Position numbers and translations under genes: made by a program. A stretch of 64,000 nt of DNA, taken from assembly GCA_902610845.1 (NCBI GenBank), contig CACLXJ010000001.1, positions 35,721-99,720 on the forward strand. Direction: 5' to 3'. The notes beneath the pieces are model-generated. The model made no database searches, had not been told where the DNA came from, and saw only the letters and a program-made list of their open reading frames with translations. This document shows positions 62,191 to 64,000 of the stretch, piece after piece (the first letter of the stretch is position 1; the number at the start of each line of letters is the position of its first letter). This DNA comes from an uncultured Alphaproteobacteria bacterium. Its GTDB lineage: Bacteria; Pseudomonadota; Alphaproteobacteria; HIMB59; GCA-002718135.

Positions 62191-62415
62191 TTAATTTACC
62201 TCCTTACTTTCATCATTTACTTTTTCAAAAAGTATAAATCTTTGATCTGGGTTATTAAAATTGAAAATAATTTCAAAATCTTCAATTGATATTGGTGAAA
62301 TATAAAAATTTTCATCTAAATTTTCTTCTATTTCTCTCACCATTTGTGTTTCGCCCATTTTATAAATTATTCTGGTTGAGCGAATTCCAGAAATTATTTT
62401 AACTTCATCAGTCAT
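62191..62415 (-). CDS. Small acidic protein (hypothetical, 74 aa), first gene of the nuclease operon
   Basis: SD 'aaggag' lies upstream. Its stop codon abuts the GIY-YIG start codon. The protein is rich in E and D, and I recognise no motif. Confidence 0.45.
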   Translation of the reverse strand: MTDEVKIISGIRSTRIIYKMGETQMVREIEENLDENFYISPISIEDFEIIFNFNNPDQRFILFEKVNDESKEVN

Positions 62416-62485
62416 TTTCTGACTCCTTTGTTAATTATTATTTTTTGTTAGACATCATTGTCATAAAAGCGTATTACCTTTAAAT

Positions 62486-62517
62486 ATGTAATGGTTAAAC
62501 ATTACATACCATTACAT
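62486..62517. promoter_or_regulatory. Operator-like inverted repeat in the divergent promoter region
   Basis: 'ATGTAATGG-N14-CCATTACAT' is a perfect 9-bp inverted repeat. A third 'CATTACAT' copy sits inside the spacer at 62500-62507. The site lies 10 nt upstream of the 485-aa ORF start. Confidence 0.4.
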
Positions 62518-62526
62518 TTTTAAACT

Positions 62527-63984
62527 ATGAGTGAGAGACTTTTTAAAACTAACTGGGTAAAATTTTCAGATTATGAGATTAGTTATGGGAGAATTAAGCC
62601 AAAAAAAGGATCAAAAATGATTCATTATGATCCAATAGCTGAAAGTGAAAAATTTAAAAAAAGCTCAAACACGGTTTATGACCAAATATATAAAATTAAA
62701 GAAAATAATCAGACAGATTTAAAAGAGTGGTTACGATTTGCAAAAAAATGGGGACTGCCTTGCACGCTTTTACACAACGTTGATGAAATAATTCTAGCTC
62801 CAAGATATCTCGCTTTTCAAAATAGCCAGATTTCTGAAACTGTCAGAGATCATTTAACAAACAAAATGGATAAGGTAAATTTTATTGTTCATAATTTTGA
62901 ATATGAAGTAACTAAATTAAATTCAAAAATTCAATGGGTAAGTGAGAAAAATAAAAAATTACTAAATAAATATAGAGTACAAAAAGTTAATTATTTTGAA
63001 TCTGATTTAAACCCTAATGATCCAACAGATTTAAACTGGCCTTATTCAAATGTAGTACATCTATGCCCACAACAACTTATATATAAGTATTTTAATGGAA
63101 AATGGGAAATTAGAACTAATTTTTTGACAGTTAAAAAACTAAATAAGAAAGCTAAACCAGGAGATATAATTGATAAAAAAAATGTAGTCGAGGGATACCT
63201 AACTCCAGGTTATTTTAAAATAACAGATTCAATAAATGAAGATAATGATGAAATTGAAACTCTAAGTGTAAGTATATCTTCGACAGGAAAAAGAAAATTT
63301 AATCCATTTTATTTAGGAAAACATTTTATCTCTAATTACAGAAATAAAAAAATTGAAACCGTCTATGATTATCCTCATGAGTTTACTAAATATTTTCCTG
63401 GTATGTTACAAGATGAGACATCAGAGGAAAAACATGCCAGAAATATTGAAGAGTTTTTTTGGCCATTTCCAGTTAGTGAAAAATTTCATAGAAATTATGC
63501 AGAAGAAGGCTACGAGCTTGGAGTGTTAGCCATAAACATTAAAATGTTTTTTATAAGACTAAAAGAAGCAAATAAACATATAAGATTGTTAAAAAATAAA
63601 AATGAAAAAAACTATCCAAATCGATATAATATAATTTATCGCGATTTGGAAAAATCGCTAATTAAATTTACATCAAGATTATTACTTACTTTTTCAAAAG
63701 ATAAAGACCGCAAATATAGTATATATTCACCTTCATTAATTGGTTATATAGGTCATATAATCCTCCAAGATATTACAAGTAAATATTCTCCAAGATTTTG
63801 TATAGAATGTGAAAGACTGATTTCTAACCCTGCAAAACCTGATAGCCCATATTGTGATGATTCAACATGTGGCAACAGACATAGAGTAAGGAGAACAAGA
63901 AAAAAAGCAAAGCTCAAAAAATTGTTAGATAAAAAAGAGATATCTAAAAAAGTTTATATTAATAAACTTAGAGAAATAGATTAA
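62527..63984 (+). CDS. Large orphan protein with C-terminal CGNR-type zinc finger and basic tail
   Basis: 485 aa. The C-terminus 'CIECERLISNPAKPDSPYCDDSTCGNRHRVRRTRKKAK' fits the C-x2-C...C-x4-CGNR-x-(R/K)-rich pattern of zf-CGNR. I recognise no family for the first ~430 aa, and no obvious SD is present. Confidence 0.55.
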   Translation: MSERLFKTNWVKFSDYEISYGRIKPKKGSKMIHYDPIAESEKFKKSSNTVYDQIYKIKENNQTDLKEWLRFAKKWGLPCTLLHNVDEIILAPRYLAFQNSQISETVRDHLTNKMDKVNFIVHNFEYEVTKLNSKIQWVSEKNKKLLNKYRVQKVNYFESDLNPNDPTDLNWPYSNVVHLCPQQLIYKYFNGKWEIRTNFLTVKKLNKKAKPGDIIDKKNVVEGYLTPGYFKITDSINEDNDEIETLSVSISSTGKRKFNPFYLGKHFISNYRNKKIETVYDYPHEFTKYFPGMLQDETSEEKHARNIEEFFWPFPVSEKFHRNYAEEGYELGVLAINIKMFFIRLKEANKHIRLLKNKNEKNYPNRYNIIYRDLEKSLIKFTSRLLLTFSKDKDRKYSIYSPSLIGYIGHIILQDITSKYSPRFCIECERLISNPAKPDSPYCDDSTCGNRHRVRRTRKKAKLKKLLDKKEISKKVYINKLREID

Positions 63985-64000
63985 ATGTAATAGATTTATT

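Overview
This window is a very AT-rich, tightly packed bacterial chromosome segment. Many start and stop codons overlap or abut, and most intergenic spacers are under 60 nt. Gene content points to a streamlined marine alphaproteobacterium of the SAR11/Pelagibacter type, which is an inference from content and not a database hit. The supporting genes are a CcrM ortholog next to rnhB, DUF1013 and DUF1192 proteins, sarcosine oxidase soxBDAG, dimethylglycine dehydrogenase, ETF/ETF-QO, fhs and a DmdA-like GcvT paralog. I call about 66 CDSs, 2 tRNAs (Arg-ACG, Gln-UUG), a perfect CIRCE operator upstream of groES-groEL, and several hairpin terminators. I saw no rRNA, CRISPR array, transposase or integrase. 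Recognisable blocks are: central metabolism and translation (tkt, gap, efp, rpmE); a photolyase-linked cfa/DUF1365/FAD-oxidoreductase cluster; a roughly 18 kb methyl-group/C1 oxidation island; the arginine genes argD and argF; groESL; a tRNA-adjacent cluster of secreted and membrane proteins; the four-gene ligase-associated DNA-damage-response cluster; and ispE, UDG, slt, moaB, rnhB and ccrM. The most unusual region is the right end (60.1-64.0 kb). It holds a translationally coupled operon: a small acidic protein, a protein with a UvrC/Cho-like GIY-YIG domain and an unrecognised N-terminal domain, and an ExoI-like exonuclease. This operon is divergent from a 485-aa orphan protein with a C-terminal CGNR-type zinc finger, and an inverted-repeat operator-like site lies between them. 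I propose this as a candidate uncharacterised nuclease (repair or defence) module. Also notable are a candidate sRNA or micro-ORF in the unusually long rnhB-ccrM spacer and head-to-head start codons in the ligase cluster.
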